A stretch of 64,000 nucleotides of DNA from IMG/VR virus record IMGVR_UViG_3300006155_000002; one strand, given 5' to 3'. The notes beneath the pieces are model-generated. The model saw only the letters and a program-made list of their open reading frames with translations. It did no database searches and had not been told where the DNA came from. Positions within the stretch are counted from its first letter, which is position 1, and each line of letters starts with the position of its first letter. The stretch is from a virus. Its lineage: Duplodnaviria; Caudoviricetes. Below, in pieces: positions 1 through 10,137 of the stretch. Made by a program: the position numbers and the translations under genes.

Positions 1-216
1 GAGTATGGAACTATACAGGATATACAATGTCATGACGAATCCAATGTCTGTATTCACGTTGAAACTATAAAAGATAAAGTATCCAACTGGGATGAAATGG
101 ATTCAAATGGTCGGATGGTAGTGTTTGGCAATATTGATGGAGTTGGATGTAAAATCGTCTATTCAGAGAGTATTGAACTCATTTCTTTCTCAATAGAAGG
201 GTAGAGAACAAGTGTT

Positions 217-870
217 CTATATCGGCATAAGGCTGCAATTTACCCAGGAATACGGGAGCCACATGAGTTTACCTGGTTGATATCGAAACTGCTCAATATC
301 GTCCACGTCGAAATATTTCTTCGCGGGTTGGTCACACTCAAACAGCAATTGAGCATCGACACCATGATTACGAAGTTCGTCTCTGATGTAGCTCCAGAAT
401 TCAACGACACGATCCCATTCGCTCCTGGTGCCTTGTCCTTCGCCGCGATCAAGATGAGTAATTGCGGAGAGAGCTACTTCATGGCGCAGTTTTCCACGCT
501 TTGCAAGCATGATATCTACAGGTTCCTCCAACCTATGACAACGATATGCTTTGCGACCAATTTTCGTTTTATCCATAACACCATCATACGCCCACTCATT
601 TGCTGACGTATAATATTTCTGGAATCGCATTTTTTGTCCAGCGTCTCGAACCTCGGCCCAAGCATTTTCCCTATGTTTAGACACGAAACTCCAGAGATCT
701 TCCTGTGCGGCTCGATCTACAACCTGCGTCTCCCATGTATGGAGCCGCTCTGTCCAGAGCTCGCATCTCTGATCACTTGCAAGTTTGTTCACCTTTAAGT
801 CGCCTTTGTCCACAAGTATTTTTCCAACGGAATAGGCGCCGCCAAAAAGCGCAATAAAAACATCCAACAT
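217..870 (-). CDS. hypothetical protein
   Basis: 217-aa ORF co-oriented with neighbours. Confidence 0.6.
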   Translation of the reverse strand: MLDVFIALFGGAYSVGKILVDKGDLKVNKLASDQRCELWTERLHTWETQVVDRAAQEDLWSFVSKHRENAWAEVRDAGQKMRFQKYYTSANEWAYDGVMDKTKIGRKAYRCHRLEEPVDIMLAKRGKLRHEVALSAITHLDRGEGQGTRSEWDRVVEFWSYIRDELRNHGVDAQLLFECDQPAKKYFDVDDIEQFRYQPGKLMWLPYSWVNCSLMPI

Positions 871-884
871 AACTACTTCCCGCC

Positions 885-1115
885 TTACGCTATTGCATCA
901 TTGATGCTTTCTTTTGCATCATCAATCTTGTCGATGGCTTCTTCCAGACTATCGATTGCGTTCTCCATGTTTTCATAGCGTTCGCTATTCTGAAGATTTT
1001 CTGGAAGATTATCAAGACATTCCTGCTCATCATTCCGTGCGTCTTGGATGATATCAATTGCACGATCAAGCAGGCCGGTTGCTTCTTTAAGAGAAGTGCG
1101 CCTTCCTTTATTCAC
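885..1115 (-). CDS. small acidic helical hypothetical protein
   Basis: GTG start after GGAGG, overlaps stop of upstream gene. Confidence 0.6.
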   Translation of the reverse strand: MNKGRRTSLKEATGLLDRAIDIIQDARNDEQECLDNLPENLQNSERYENMENAIDSLEEAIDKIDDAKESINDAIA

Positions 1116-1486
1116 TCGGCCACCTCCCATACACAATTCACCCCAGCGTCAATTTGCAATCCATCGTCTGTGGTTGGCTTGATTTCAAGTACATCCACAT
1201 ACTGGAGGATATCAACGAAATCGTTCAGGGTATCCTTATACAGGTCAACGAGAGAAACCTCGATAGATACGTTTGCACGTTCAGACTCTGGATGAACATC
1301 AAAGCACCTGACCTCCCCGCCATCCTCGTCGGCAATAGCGTAGAAGAAATCATATACCTTACTAAACTTCTCCATATTGGCATGGTTCAACACGTACTTC
1401 CCGTCAAACTCTGCACATTTCTCTTCGATTTGAAGCGCAAGTTCGCGGGCGCACTTAAATGTCACACGTTCTTTCATTTCAGACAT
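1112..1486 (-). CDS. hypothetical protein (possible distant paralog of 62925-63296)
   Basis: 124-aa ORF; similar VSIE...EIxPxxxxGL C-terminal pattern in both. Confidence 0.55.
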   Translation of the reverse strand: MSEMKERVTFKCARELALQIEEKCAEFDGKYVLNHANMEKFSKVYDFFYAIADEDGGEVRCFDVHPESERANVSIEVSLVDLYKDTLNDFVDILQYVDVLEIKPTTDDGLQIDAGVNCVWEVAE

Positions 1487-1553
1487 TTGCTATAAACCTC
1501 CGTACTATTTTGACAATATTATATCCGTTAAGCGCTTGCTTTTCAAGCCTGCA

Positions 1554-2171
1554 TCACGGCAAAACGGAACATTTCACTTCCAGCCTTACATTCGCGTCCG
1601 GGTTGATCATGGCGATGATAGAGTTTGTGATCATCTCAGGGATCAGAACACCCTCAAAGCACAGACTAAACTCAGTCATATCCATGCCGGTTGTTAGCCT
1701 GCTTTCACGCATATCCTGCACAGCAGAAGCTGCCTCAAAGGTTGGTGTAACTGGATTAGCAGCGTCATCATTGCCGGATAAAAACTTTTCAAATTCTGCA
1801 CGACATTCTTTCGGCATCCGTTTTCCACGCGAGAACTCAATTCCGATTTCCTGACTACCACAGAATCTTGTGACGGTCTGCGGCGTGATGTCAAACATCC
1901 TTGCCAAGTCAGAAGCTGTTGCGGAGTATTTATGTATCAAATCCAGAAGATACTCCTTCTGGAGATTCGCTGGAATTTGCTTAAACTCTTCCCATCCCAT
2001 CGGTTTTCCAAGCTGATAGGTCACGACTTTACCACACCTTTCCTCCCATTGCTTTCTCGTCATGCGGTCTGTTGACATAGGACACTTCCTACTTTTGCTT
2101 CCGCATTTTTTATGGGTTGCTTGACGCGCAAGACGTTTTCTTTGCAAGACTTCGTAATCGAAATCGTTCAT
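1554..2171 (-). CDS. hypothetical protein with possible HTH
   Basis: TASDLARMFDITPQTVTRF HTH-like segment. Confidence 0.55.
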   Translation of the reverse strand: MNDFDYEVLQRKRLARQATHKKCGSKSRKCPMSTDRMTRKQWEERCGKVVTYQLGKPMGWEEFKQIPANLQKEYLLDLIHKYSATASDLARMFDITPQTVTRFCGSQEIGIEFSRGKRMPKECRAEFEKFLSGNDDAANPVTPTFEAASAVQDMRESRLTTGMDMTEFSLCFEGVLIPEMITNSIIAMINPDANVRLEVKCSVLP

Positions 2172-2180
2172 GTGAAAACC

Positions 2181-2597
2181 TCACTCAATCTGATAACTGT
2201 ACTTTCTCTGGGAGATGTCTTTAATAGGCTCTCCCTTTAATTTTGAAGCGTCAAAATCGTCATAGATGATTTTAGCATAGCATTCCTGTATTTTCCCTTC
2301 AACAAAGAACCGCTGCCAAAGGTCATCACTTCCTTCTCCTTCGCCATTGAGCCAGAACACTATGTCAGGGAACTTTGCTGAGAGAAGGCGCATATCATCT
2401 TCACAATCATACCATTTTGCGTTCACATAATATGAGTCCAGGACATTCCCGTCAGAGAAAATATTCATCTTCTCGATCTCTGCTTCAATTTGCTGCTGCA
2501 TGATTGGAGAGATACCATCCTCCATACCAATAATTTTTCCAGATAAATCTCTCACCGCGCTAAAAATGTTCAACGTGTAATCCGTATAGTACCCCAT
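2181..2597 (-). CDS. phage hypothetical protein
   Basis: 138-aa ORF with GGAGG RBS. Confidence 0.65.
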   Translation of the reverse strand: MGYYTDYTLNIFSAVRDLSGKIIGMEDGISPIMQQQIEAEIEKMNIFSDGNVLDSYYVNAKWYDCEDDMRLLSAKFPDIVFWLNGEGEGSDDLWQRFFVEGKIQECYAKIIYDDFDASKLKGEPIKDISQRKYSYQIE

Positions 2598-2600
2598 AAT

Positions 2601-3737
2601 TCAACCTCCTCGCAATTGTTTTACAGAATCGGCTATGGCTCGTACGGCCTTGTCGATTTCCTCGCTTGTGGTGTACTTTGATACTGAAATCCTGATAGAA
2701 CTTCTTGCGTCATCGTCTGCGAGTCCCAGAGCAGACAAAACATGGCTTGGTACAGCATAGTGAGCAGAGCAGGCAGAACCAGCAGAAACTTCGATTCCCT
2801 TACTATCCAGCATTAAAAGCAGCGTTTCTCCGTCTATGCCAGCAAATCGAAGATTGATTGTCCGAGAGTTGTCGAACGGCGTACCATTGATGTATGTGTC
2901 TGGCACTTCAGATAAGATGCGATGTTTGATAGCGTTCGTCTTCATCCCGTAAGAATAGATATTTCGCAAATACGCTTGGTTGGCAATTTCTGCAGCTTGT
3001 CCCATTCCAACAATGTATGGGGTATTATGAGTACCTCCACGAAGGCCGTCTTCTTGGCTTCCGCCGAATATAACAGGGCAAAGAAGCTCTTTCGGTCTTG
3101 CGTACAGAAATCCAACACCCTTTGGAGCATGAATCTTGTGGCCTGATGCAGACAGAAAATCAATATGGGCGGCGTCTACATCAATTCGCATTCCGCAATA
3201 TGCCTGAACACAATCCGTATGAAACAAGATCGAATGTTTTTTGCAAAGCTCCCCGATTCGATAAATGTCATACTGGTTTCCGGTCTCATTGTTGACTGCC
3301 ATAATGGAAACAAGCCCGGTTTCAGGTCGAATTGCATCATAGATTTTGTCAAGTGTGATTGCACCATTTCCTTCAACTGGAACCCAGGTTACATCAAAGC
3401 CATGATAAAACAGGAGTTTTATTGCATTTATGACGGAGTGGTGTTCCACCTTAGACGTGATGATATGTGTTTTTCCTAAAGCCCTCAAATGCTCTGCGAT
3501 ACCAATGATAGCAAGCGTGTTGGCTTCTGAACCTCCGCCAGTAAAGATAATATTGTTCGGATCTGCTCTGATAGGTGCTGCTACTTGTTTTCGCGCAGTC
3601 TCTACCGCATTGCCTGCCATACGACCCATAGAATGAATGCTGCCAGGATTTCCATATATATCGGCAAAATACGGTAGCATTGCTTCCATTACTTCCGGCG
3701 AAACTTTTGTAGTAGCAGCGTTGTCTAAATAAATCAC
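2601..3737 (-). CDS. iscS: cysteine desulfurase (IscS/NifS family)
   Basis: IYLDNAATT, GNPGS, SGHKIHAPKG (PLP lysine), SAGSACS (catalytic Cys); GTG start after GGAGG. Confidence 0.93.
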   Translation of the reverse strand: MIYLDNAATTKVSPEVMEAMLPYFADIYGNPGSIHSMGRMAGNAVETARKQVAAPIRADPNNIIFTGGGSEANTLAIIGIAEHLRALGKTHIITSKVEHHSVINAIKLLFYHGFDVTWVPVEGNGAITLDKIYDAIRPETGLVSIMAVNNETGNQYDIYRIGELCKKHSILFHTDCVQAYCGMRIDVDAAHIDFLSASGHKIHAPKGVGFLYARPKELLCPVIFGGSQEDGLRGGTHNTPYIVGMGQAAEIANQAYLRNIYSYGMKTNAIKHRILSEVPDTYINGTPFDNSRTINLRFAGIDGETLLLMLDSKGIEVSAGSACSAHYAVPSHVLSALGLADDDARSSIRISVSKYTTSEEIDKAVRAIADSVKQLRGG

Positions 3738-3751
3738 TAATGAACCGCCTC

Positions 3752-4288
3752 CTAAAGGAATAGTTCTTTCCACACAATGCGGCGCGCATCTCGAATCAGA
3801 TTTGACGCCCATGTTCTGCTGAATCCGAAAGCCTTTGATATTTCCGATGGACTGAATCCGTAAATATACATCTTGAGAACCTGTGCTTTCTGCTCCGGAA
3901 TCTTTTCTTCGATGGCTGGAAGGTCGCAGTCAACTTTATAATATCCGTCCTCGATACATGGCACCGTATGGCCAAATGGGATATCCATATCGGATTCTTT
4001 ATCAACGCCAACCACATAGTCCAAAGATATAACACGCGCCTTTTCTTTCTCACGATATCTTGACCGAAGCTCATTCTTAATTTCGTTTATTATGCACTTA
4101 GAGGCAAACGTAGAAAATTTGCCTCTGCTGTCATCGTAATGCTCACTGGCTTTCCATAGTCCAATCCTTCCACATTGAATGATGTCGTCGTCATTACATA
4201 GATCCGGGAAATATTTATGTACCATAAAGTACACAAGGTTTTCATTATCAATGATCCTTTGTTCAACTTCTTGTCTGGACACAAGCAT
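3752..4288 (-). CDS. sigma-70 family RNA polymerase sigma factor
   Basis: DIIQCGRIGLWKA...YDDSRGKFSTFA region 2 and C-terminal region-4 HTH. Confidence 0.88.
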   Translation of the reverse strand: MLVSRQEVEQRIIDNENLVYFMVHKYFPDLCNDDDIIQCGRIGLWKASEHYDDSRGKFSTFASKCIINEIKNELRSRYREKEKARVISLDYVVGVDKESDMDIPFGHTVPCIEDGYYKVDCDLPAIEEKIPEQKAQVLKMYIYGFSPSEISKAFGFSRTWASNLIRDARRIVWKELFL

Positions 4289-4301
4289 CGCTCCTTCCAG
4301 G

Positions 4302-4637
4302 TTAAACCTTCTTCAAGTCACCAATCCAAAACAACCACTTCGGTTCTGCTGTGTCCTCTGCGAAACATACCAAACTCTGCTTCAACCCTTTATCGTAGCT
4401 GACTGTAAACACCGTCTCCGCATTTTCTTCGCAAAAATTGCGGTATGCTGGTAACATTCGTTCATAATTTGGGTGCTTTCTGATAACCTCCAAGTTGAGC
4501 CGCACTTTGTCTCCTTCTTTGATTGACCAATCGCCTTCGATAACGTCCTTATATCTTTGGATGTCGCTCATGTCATTGAGAAGGTTCTTAATCTGAGTGG
4601 ATTTTGATGGATTTCGTCTCTCTTTGCGGTTCATCAT
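4302..4637 (-). CDS. hypothetical protein
   Basis: 111-aa ORF in operon. Confidence 0.6.
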   Translation of the reverse strand: MMNRKERRNPSKSTQIKNLLNDMSDIQRYKDVIEGDWSIKEGDKVRLNLEVIRKHPNYERMLPAYRNFCEENAETVFTVSYDKGLKQSLVCFAEDTAEPKWLFWIGDLKKV

Positions 4638-4643
4638 AGTACC

Positions 4644-5129
4644 TCAGTGATTATCGTTGTCGGTATGGACAATGTTGCCACGTCCAAATATGAACTCGAC
4701 AATATCTGTTCCATAGTCATCCAAAAAGTCTTGGAACGTCCGATAATCCTCATGACTTTGATGATCGATATAGCCATCGCTTGTATCAATTATGACACCG
4801 TTGCACTTAGCGTACTTTCCAATTTCCTGGCTGACACGCTTAAAATCTTTTGTTGTCATCAGCTCTTTTACATTCTCTTGCAGAGATTTTCTGCTACGAT
4901 ACCAAGTTTCCATTCCATTCTTCTCAGCAAGCATCGTCACCAAGTAAGAGAGCTTGTCCCCCTGCTCGGTATAATTCACGATCTCCCAGCCATACTCTCC
5001 AAGCTGGGTGTGAATGTATCCATCTGTCCCGATTGGCATATAATTCTGTGCCAACCCTCTATGTCGAATAGTGATCGAATGTGTACTGCTGCTGTTTGTC
5101 TCGAAAACGCTACGTCTAATTTGTTTCAT
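4644..5129 (-). CDS. FETNSSSTHS-motif protein (paralog 1)
   Basis: MKQIRRSVFETNSSSTHSI N-terminus; GYIDH motif. Confidence 0.75.
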   Translation of the reverse strand: MKQIRRSVFETNSSSTHSITIRHRGLAQNYMPIGTDGYIHTQLGEYGWEIVNYTEQGDKLSYLVTMLAEKNGMETWYRSRKSLQENVKELMTTKDFKRVSQEIGKYAKCNGVIIDTSDGYIDHQSHEDYRTFQDFLDDYGTDIVEFIFGRGNIVHTDNDNH

Positions 5130-5694
5130 TTGTCCGTTCCTCCTTTGCTGTAGAAATAATTTCGTCTAATGTACGCGGTGTATAATCCATCCACGGCATC
5201 ATCGCGCCCACATTGAACATCTGGCATGGGCGGTCGTACAATTTCTCCATCAAAAACTTATCGTGTTCCATCATTTGAAACTCGAAAGAATTGTGTACGT
5301 GACCATAGAGGTGATACCAGCCATAGAAGTGGTTTTTGAAACATGGGATAGGGTAATGGCACAACACCACATTACGCCCCTCGTCTTCAATTTCCATGTA
5401 CTCCACAACCTTTGTAAATTTGTCGATGAATCGTCTGTTGTGGCAGCGATCATGATTACCCTTAATCAGGAAAATATCTCCGACCAGAGAGTCCAGCACA
5501 GGGATAGCCTTGTCTGTGTTGCACCAGAACATATCACCAAGGACATAGACGATATCTCCTGGCGTAACCACGGCATTCCATCGCCTGACAAGAGCTTCAT
5601 TCATCTGGTCGATATCCGTAAACGGCCTGTGGTCAAATGCGAGGCAATTCTTATGGTCGTAGTGCCAGTCTGCAATATAGAATTTTTTCGCCAT
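5116..5694 (-). CDS. calcineurin-like metallophosphoesterase
   Basis: ADWH, LGD, GNHD, HYP, GHVH motifs. Confidence 0.88.
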   Translation of the reverse strand: MAKKFYIADWHYDHKNCLAFDHRPFTDIDQMNEALVRRWNAVVTPGDIVYVLGDMFWCNTDKAIPVLDSLVGDIFLIKGNHDRCHNRRFIDKFTKVVEYMEIEDEGRNVVLCHYPIPCFKNHFYGWYHLYGHVHNSFEFQMMEHDKFLMEKLYDRPCQMFNVGAMMPWMDYTPRTLDEIISTAKEERTNETN

Positions 5695-5695
5695 A

Positions 5696-6148
5696 TCAAC
5701 CGAACCCCACTACACGTAGATCATCGTCGATCATCCAGTCAATCTCCTCCGCCTTCAAATCTGTAATCTTCTGGACCGCCGCAATAATACGCTCGTGAAC
5801 CTCCTTGATACTCTTTGGCTCTGTTTCTAACATCTCCCAAGGCATAGAGGGCGGATAGTAGAAATAGTAGCTTCCCTCTCCATCACTTCCATAAGTAATA
5901 GAGTCTGTATCATCACAGTGTGTCAGAAGGTCAGCCAGATTCTCAAACGGGCCGCCGTACAGATAATCATCAATGTCAAGACTCCTAAAATCTTCAGAAG
6001 AAATCATCTGACGCAAATATTCAACGGTCGCCGTGTCATCCTCAAGCTGCTCAGCAAGAAACTGCGCCACCTTGCCCTTGTTCAACCACGGAACAAGTTT
6101 ATCTGTATCAAGCCCAATGCCTTCAATCATCCAATAGTCCATGCTCAT
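5696..6148 (-). CDS. acidic hypothetical protein
   Basis: 150-aa ORF in operon. Confidence 0.6.
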   Translation of the reverse strand: MSMDYWMIEGIGLDTDKLVPWLNKGKVAQFLAEQLEDDTATVEYLRQMISSEDFRSLDIDDYLYGGPFENLADLLTHCDDTDSITYGSDGEGSYYFYYPPSMPWEMLETEPKSIKEVHERIIAAVQKITDLKAEEIDWMIDDDLRVVGFG

Positions 6149-6160
6149 AGCACACCCTCC

Positions 6161-6763
6161 TTAGTGTTCATCAAAAACGACCTGTTCGCCACTTTGAAGC
6201 GTCCAGCATCCATCATCGGTGCAGGCACATTCAGAACAGTTACCACCGCAATTCTTAGCATCTACTCGTGCGGTAGTGGAACCGTCTCGATATCTGACAT
6301 GAGCCTCTGGAAGCAGAAACGGGTTCTGCATCTCCAATCCAGTCCATGCGCTTAAGATCATATGTAAATTCTCCGGGATGCTTCCGCCCCTGGAGAGATA
6401 ATCATTCACCAGCTCATATTTCTTTGTGAAGCAAAGAATCTGGCAATGCTTGTTTCGCTGTGCGACGCTAATCATGCGGATCAGGTAGGAACTATCTGGA
6501 ATGTCTCCAGAAACATGAAATCTAAAAAATCGAGACAGCATAATTGCCGCCTCGACTTCTCTCCAATATGTATCCGGATCATCCCGAAGGACATCCAGGT
6601 TTCTTTGATACGACGCGGCCACATTTGGCCGAAGCCTTTCCAACTTTCTTGCGTAGCATTTCTGTTGACATGAACACACTCGACACGTCACAACGGACGG
6701 AAGTGATACGCTTGAAATCTTACCCATCTTTTTGTTTGCGCTACTGATACTTACCTCGCTCAT
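6161..6763 (-). CDS. phage Gp88-like Fe-S/radical-SAM-like protein
   Basis: NKKMG...CxxCxCxxxCYA, FRFHVSGD, C-terminal CxxxCxxC. Confidence 0.7.
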   Translation of the reverse strand: MSEVSISSANKKMGKISSVSLPSVVTCRVCSCQQKCYARKLERLRPNVAASYQRNLDVLRDDPDTYWREVEAAIMLSRFFRFHVSGDIPDSSYLIRMISVAQRNKHCQILCFTKKYELVNDYLSRGGSIPENLHMILSAWTGLEMQNPFLLPEAHVRYRDGSTTARVDAKNCGGNCSECACTDDGCWTLQSGEQVVFDEH

Positions 6764-7529
6764 AGCAGATCTCCTTTCTTCGCATCTGCGTATCATTATC
6801 AAACCTCCGTTTAAGTTCAAATATTCCTTGCGGCTCATTCTTATAAAATCCCTTAAACGGTCTGCTAATTTGACGCTGCAAATCTTCAAGTCTACTCCAA
6901 TACTGTGGGAGATACCAATAAATGTTCTGCAGCTCCCTCAAGTTTTTGTTTGCACAACACCAACATGATACTCTGTCAAGAATGTCATACAGGTCTATCA
7001 TGCCAGACACCGTGACTGGAGATTTCTCACTCCAATTCCATCCTCTATGACGACAATAAGAAAGGCAGTCCGCTTCTGTCATATCCCATTCAACAAGTGG
7101 GAGCACTTTCCCTGCAGATTTTTCTTTCTCAAAACGATCTGGCTCATCTGTCGCAATTCCAACATAGTCCGTTACTTCATCTGATATAGATTTTTTGAAT
7201 TTTCGAATCGCGGCTGTCTTCGCCGTTGTTCCCCAGCGGCATCTCCCACCACACCATGCATAACCTTGATGACATGATCCGTCTTGTCGAGATTTTACTG
7301 GCCTCTCCAGCATTGAATACAGAAACGGTTCTGATGGATGCAGTTCAATAAAATTTATGCCAACCTGTGATAAGATTGGCTTCATCCGATCTCTGATACG
7401 ATAGATGGCGTCAAATTCCATTCCAGTATCATAAAACACCACTGCATCAAGAGGTTTCTTTTCTTCCATAATGCGCAGCAACATGGCTAAAGAATCTTTG
7501 CCGAAGCTGACGCTTGCGATATACTTCAT
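6741..7529 (-). CDS. PAPS reductase family protein (paralog 1)
   Basis: SFGKDS PP-loop, DTG, RVSCWCC. Confidence 0.85.
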   Translation of the reverse strand: MKYIASVSFGKDSLAMLLRIMEEKKPLDAVVFYDTGMEFDAIYRIRDRMKPILSQVGINFIELHPSEPFLYSMLERPVKSRQDGSCHQGYAWCGGRCRWGTTAKTAAIRKFKKSISDEVTDYVGIATDEPDRFEKEKSAGKVLPLVEWDMTEADCLSYCRHRGWNWSEKSPVTVSGMIDLYDILDRVSCWCCANKNLRELQNIYWYLPQYWSRLEDLQRQISRPFKGFYKNEPQGIFELKRRFDNDTQMRRKEICYERGKYQ

Positions 7530-7695
7530 ACCGACCACAACCATATCTGGTTGAGGTCAACTGCCTAATCCTCCCATGCTACTCATCCTATGATTTTTAC
7601 GCCGTAACAGGCAGCTTTACCATGTACTTATCAATTCTACATGAACCTGGTTTACCAGGATTGGTATTAGCTCCTTTCGTTGTTCTTCTTCATTG

Positions 7696-8148
7696 TCACA
7701 CACCAATTGCAACGGGAATCGTAGCCATTCCCTTATTCTTACATACAAGATAGGCTGTATATCCATCCCGGAGGATTCCATCATCATCCACACGAACTTT
7801 CGTTTTCACGCACCCAAATGTCTTCAGTTCCCGCCTACGTTTGGCGAGCTTACTTTCGCGTGGCTCAGACAATATCATTGAAATGGGGATTTGGATATTT
7901 GCAATGTTGATGTTTTTCACCACAGCAACGATATTCTTCAATGGAATTGTGACACCATGTTCTGCAATTGCATGACCAGCTTCTTCATCAGTCATGATCT
8001 GTGAAACAATCTTTCCGGGCATATTCCCTCGCCTCGTATCACAGATAACATCTGAACCATACTCAACATATGGCATGAGGCGATCAGGAACTCCGAAGCA
8101 ATATTTCTTTGTACTCTGCTCATTATGCTGTACGAGTACGACATTCAT
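7696..8148 (-). CDS. hypothetical protein, C-terminal ParB-like segment
   Basis: LRDGYTAYLVCK motif. Confidence 0.5.
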   Translation of the reverse strand: MNVVLVQHNEQSTKKYCFGVPDRLMPYVEYGSDVICDTRRGNMPGKIVSQIMTDEEAGHAIAEHGVTIPLKNIVAVVKNINIANIQIPISMILSEPRESKLAKRRRELKTFGCVKTKVRVDDDGILRDGYTAYLVCKNKGMATIPVAIGV

Positions 8149-8437
8149 ATTTTGTTCCTCCCTCCAAAATCCTCATGAATGAATTCTCTTCGATGTCGAA
8201 CTCTGCTTCCTCTTCTATGAGACAAAGATCGCTCTCCCAGACTTTCCATCCGTGTCCATTTTCGCATTTTCCGCCGCAATCATGTCCATGAACATTCTTA
8301 TCCCATTCGACTCCAATGAATTTATTCCGCTCTATGAAGCAAATTGTTCCTTGATCGCCTTTGTGAATATTTCCATTTTCCTCTGGAGCATTTTTCGTCG
8401 CCTGAACACGATCTCCGATCCTAAACTTGCTTTCCAC
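8123..8437 (-). CDS. SH3-like GHDCxGxC domain protein
   Basis: FRIGDRV...IGVEWD...GHDCGGKCENGHGW; paralogs at 42686 and 42974. Confidence 0.7.
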   Translation of the reverse strand: MESKFRIGDRVQATKNAPEENGNIHKGDQGTICFIERNKFIGVEWDKNVHGHDCGGKCENGHGWKVWESDLCLIEEEAEFDIEENSFMRILEGGTKYECRTRTA

Positions 8438-8439
8438 GC

Positions 8440-8802
8440 TTATTTACCTCCATATTTCTTTATTCTGAGCTTTAGCCCATATCGTTTTGCAAGGTCGATC
8501 ATATTCTTTGTTCCTCTACTCTTGCCATCCCAAAATGCAACAAGGGCATCTGCATTCCTTGCCATCTCTTCATTTCTAATGAATCCAGCAGCTTTTCCAT
8601 ATCGCTCCCAGTCAGCCGGATAATAATCTACAGCATATCCCTTTTCTTTGGCATACCTCTCACCAAGTGTATCTGCTCCGCGAGCCTTTCCGCATACGAT
8701 TCTTACGGTGTTTTGAGTGTTAGACAGAAGATGATCCATCGTACAGTACAACAAATCAAAGTCACTAAAATCTCGCCCTCCAGCAATAATTACTCGGAAC
8801 AT
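8440..8802 (-). CDS. SLOG/YspA-like (DUF2493) protein
   Basis: IIAGGRDF, GKARGAD, AGFIRNEEM, FWDGKSRGT. Confidence 0.85.
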   Translation of the reverse strand: MFRVIIAGGRDFSDFDLLYCTMDHLLSNTQNTVRIVCGKARGADTLGERYAKEKGYAVDYYPADWERYGKAAGFIRNEEMARNADALVAFWDGKSRGTKNMIDLAKRYGLKLRIKKYGGK

Positions 8803-9262
8803 ATTTCACCGACCTTACGTTCAAGCTCTGCCCATGCTTCTTCGATAAGCGGCTTTCCGCAAACAAGGCAGTATCTGGCCACGGTACTTGTGCAGCCGTG
8901 CAGCGTAAATCCTCTAAGTGGTATACTCCCGAATTCTTTACACCACCAACATCCATTCCATTTACTGCGATCCATTTTTGTCACCACCTATCATCAAACT
9001 CTGGTTTTATTTAATAAGCTGTTTATAGATTGCCTCTGCATCTTTTCCTAAGATAGCATTGATGATTTTAATGTCACCGCCCATATCCTTTCGACTTACA
9101 ACAAGAGCAGACAAGTCATCATCATTTTCATCCTGTTCAAATGCAACGATCAATACATCAGAAGTTTGCATAATTACCTCCTGTCTAATGCGCCTTTCTC
9201 ATTCCTCCGCAGAGAGCGAGCTTTCAGAGACCATCCGCAGATTCCGTGGGCATAGTTACATA

Positions 9263-10114
9263 TCACATAGAAGTTTGTGTGCTATAGAAGTTGATGTCGC
9301 CGCCGGTCTTCTTGTCGATTCCATTGCCAGCGACATGGAGACTATAGTCCTCCCACTTATCTCCGGCCTTGTGATACTCCGTCGTATCCTCAAAGACGCC
9401 CTCGTGATGTTCGATGACAAACTGTACAGTACCCTTGAAATTTGGGATCAGTGTTGTCGTCCAAGTACGCTCTTTGTGGTAGTCAAAGTCAGGATTATAC
9501 TTAAGAACTTCGCCCAAAAGGAAAACAGAAACGAGTCCTGCGTCTGCGCAGAACTCGCCAAGCACTTCATCGGTATCTGTGTCGTAAACTGTGCAACCCC
9601 AATCTCCATATAATGTATCACTGGTCATATAGTGTTGAATACCGAGAGTTTCCATGTGTGAACCATAATCACAAGCACACCAATCATCGTCGGTGATAGG
9701 GGTAGTGCCATGATGCTTCTCCCTGATGATATAACATGGGTCGGTGATGATAATGTCTCCATCGAACTCCATCGGCTCTGAATCGAGGTATTTGTCCAAT
9801 CCGCCATTTACTTTGTAAAGGATGGAATTATATGCGTCTGTATCAAGACCACGTATAAAGTCTTCCATTTCCATAAACCAGCCTGAAAACGCCTCATCAT
9901 CATCATGATTATTAAAGATTTTAAGAATGGCGGCAGGCTCAAACAAGTTATACGACTCTTTACCGCATTCGCAATCCATAATAGCAATTACATCTTGCTT
10001 GTCTTTTTCTGATAAAAGCGAAGAACTGTTGATGGTCTCAACAATCTCAGTTCGCTTTTTCTCTGCCTCATTCAAGAGTTCTTCTTTTTTGCTTTCAATC
10101 CACTGTTTGTTCAT
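9263..10114 (-). CDS. phage hypothetical protein
   Basis: IIITDPCY...TLYGDW...FCADAGLV pattern. Confidence 0.65.
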   Translation of the reverse strand: MNKQWIESKKEELLNEAEKKRTEIVETINSSSLLSEKDKQDVIAIMDCECGKESYNLFEPAAILKIFNNHDDDEAFSGWFMEMEDFIRGLDTDAYNSILYKVNGGLDKYLDSEPMEFDGDIIITDPCYIIREKHHGTTPITDDDWCACDYGSHMETLGIQHYMTSDTLYGDWGCTVYDTDTDEVLGEFCADAGLVSVFLLGEVLKYNPDFDYHKERTWTTTLIPNFKGTVQFVIEHHEGVFEDTTEYHKAGDKWEDYSLHVAGNGIDKKTGGDINFYSTQTSM

Positions 10115-10137
10115 ATTATCCCGCCTCTCACTCTTAG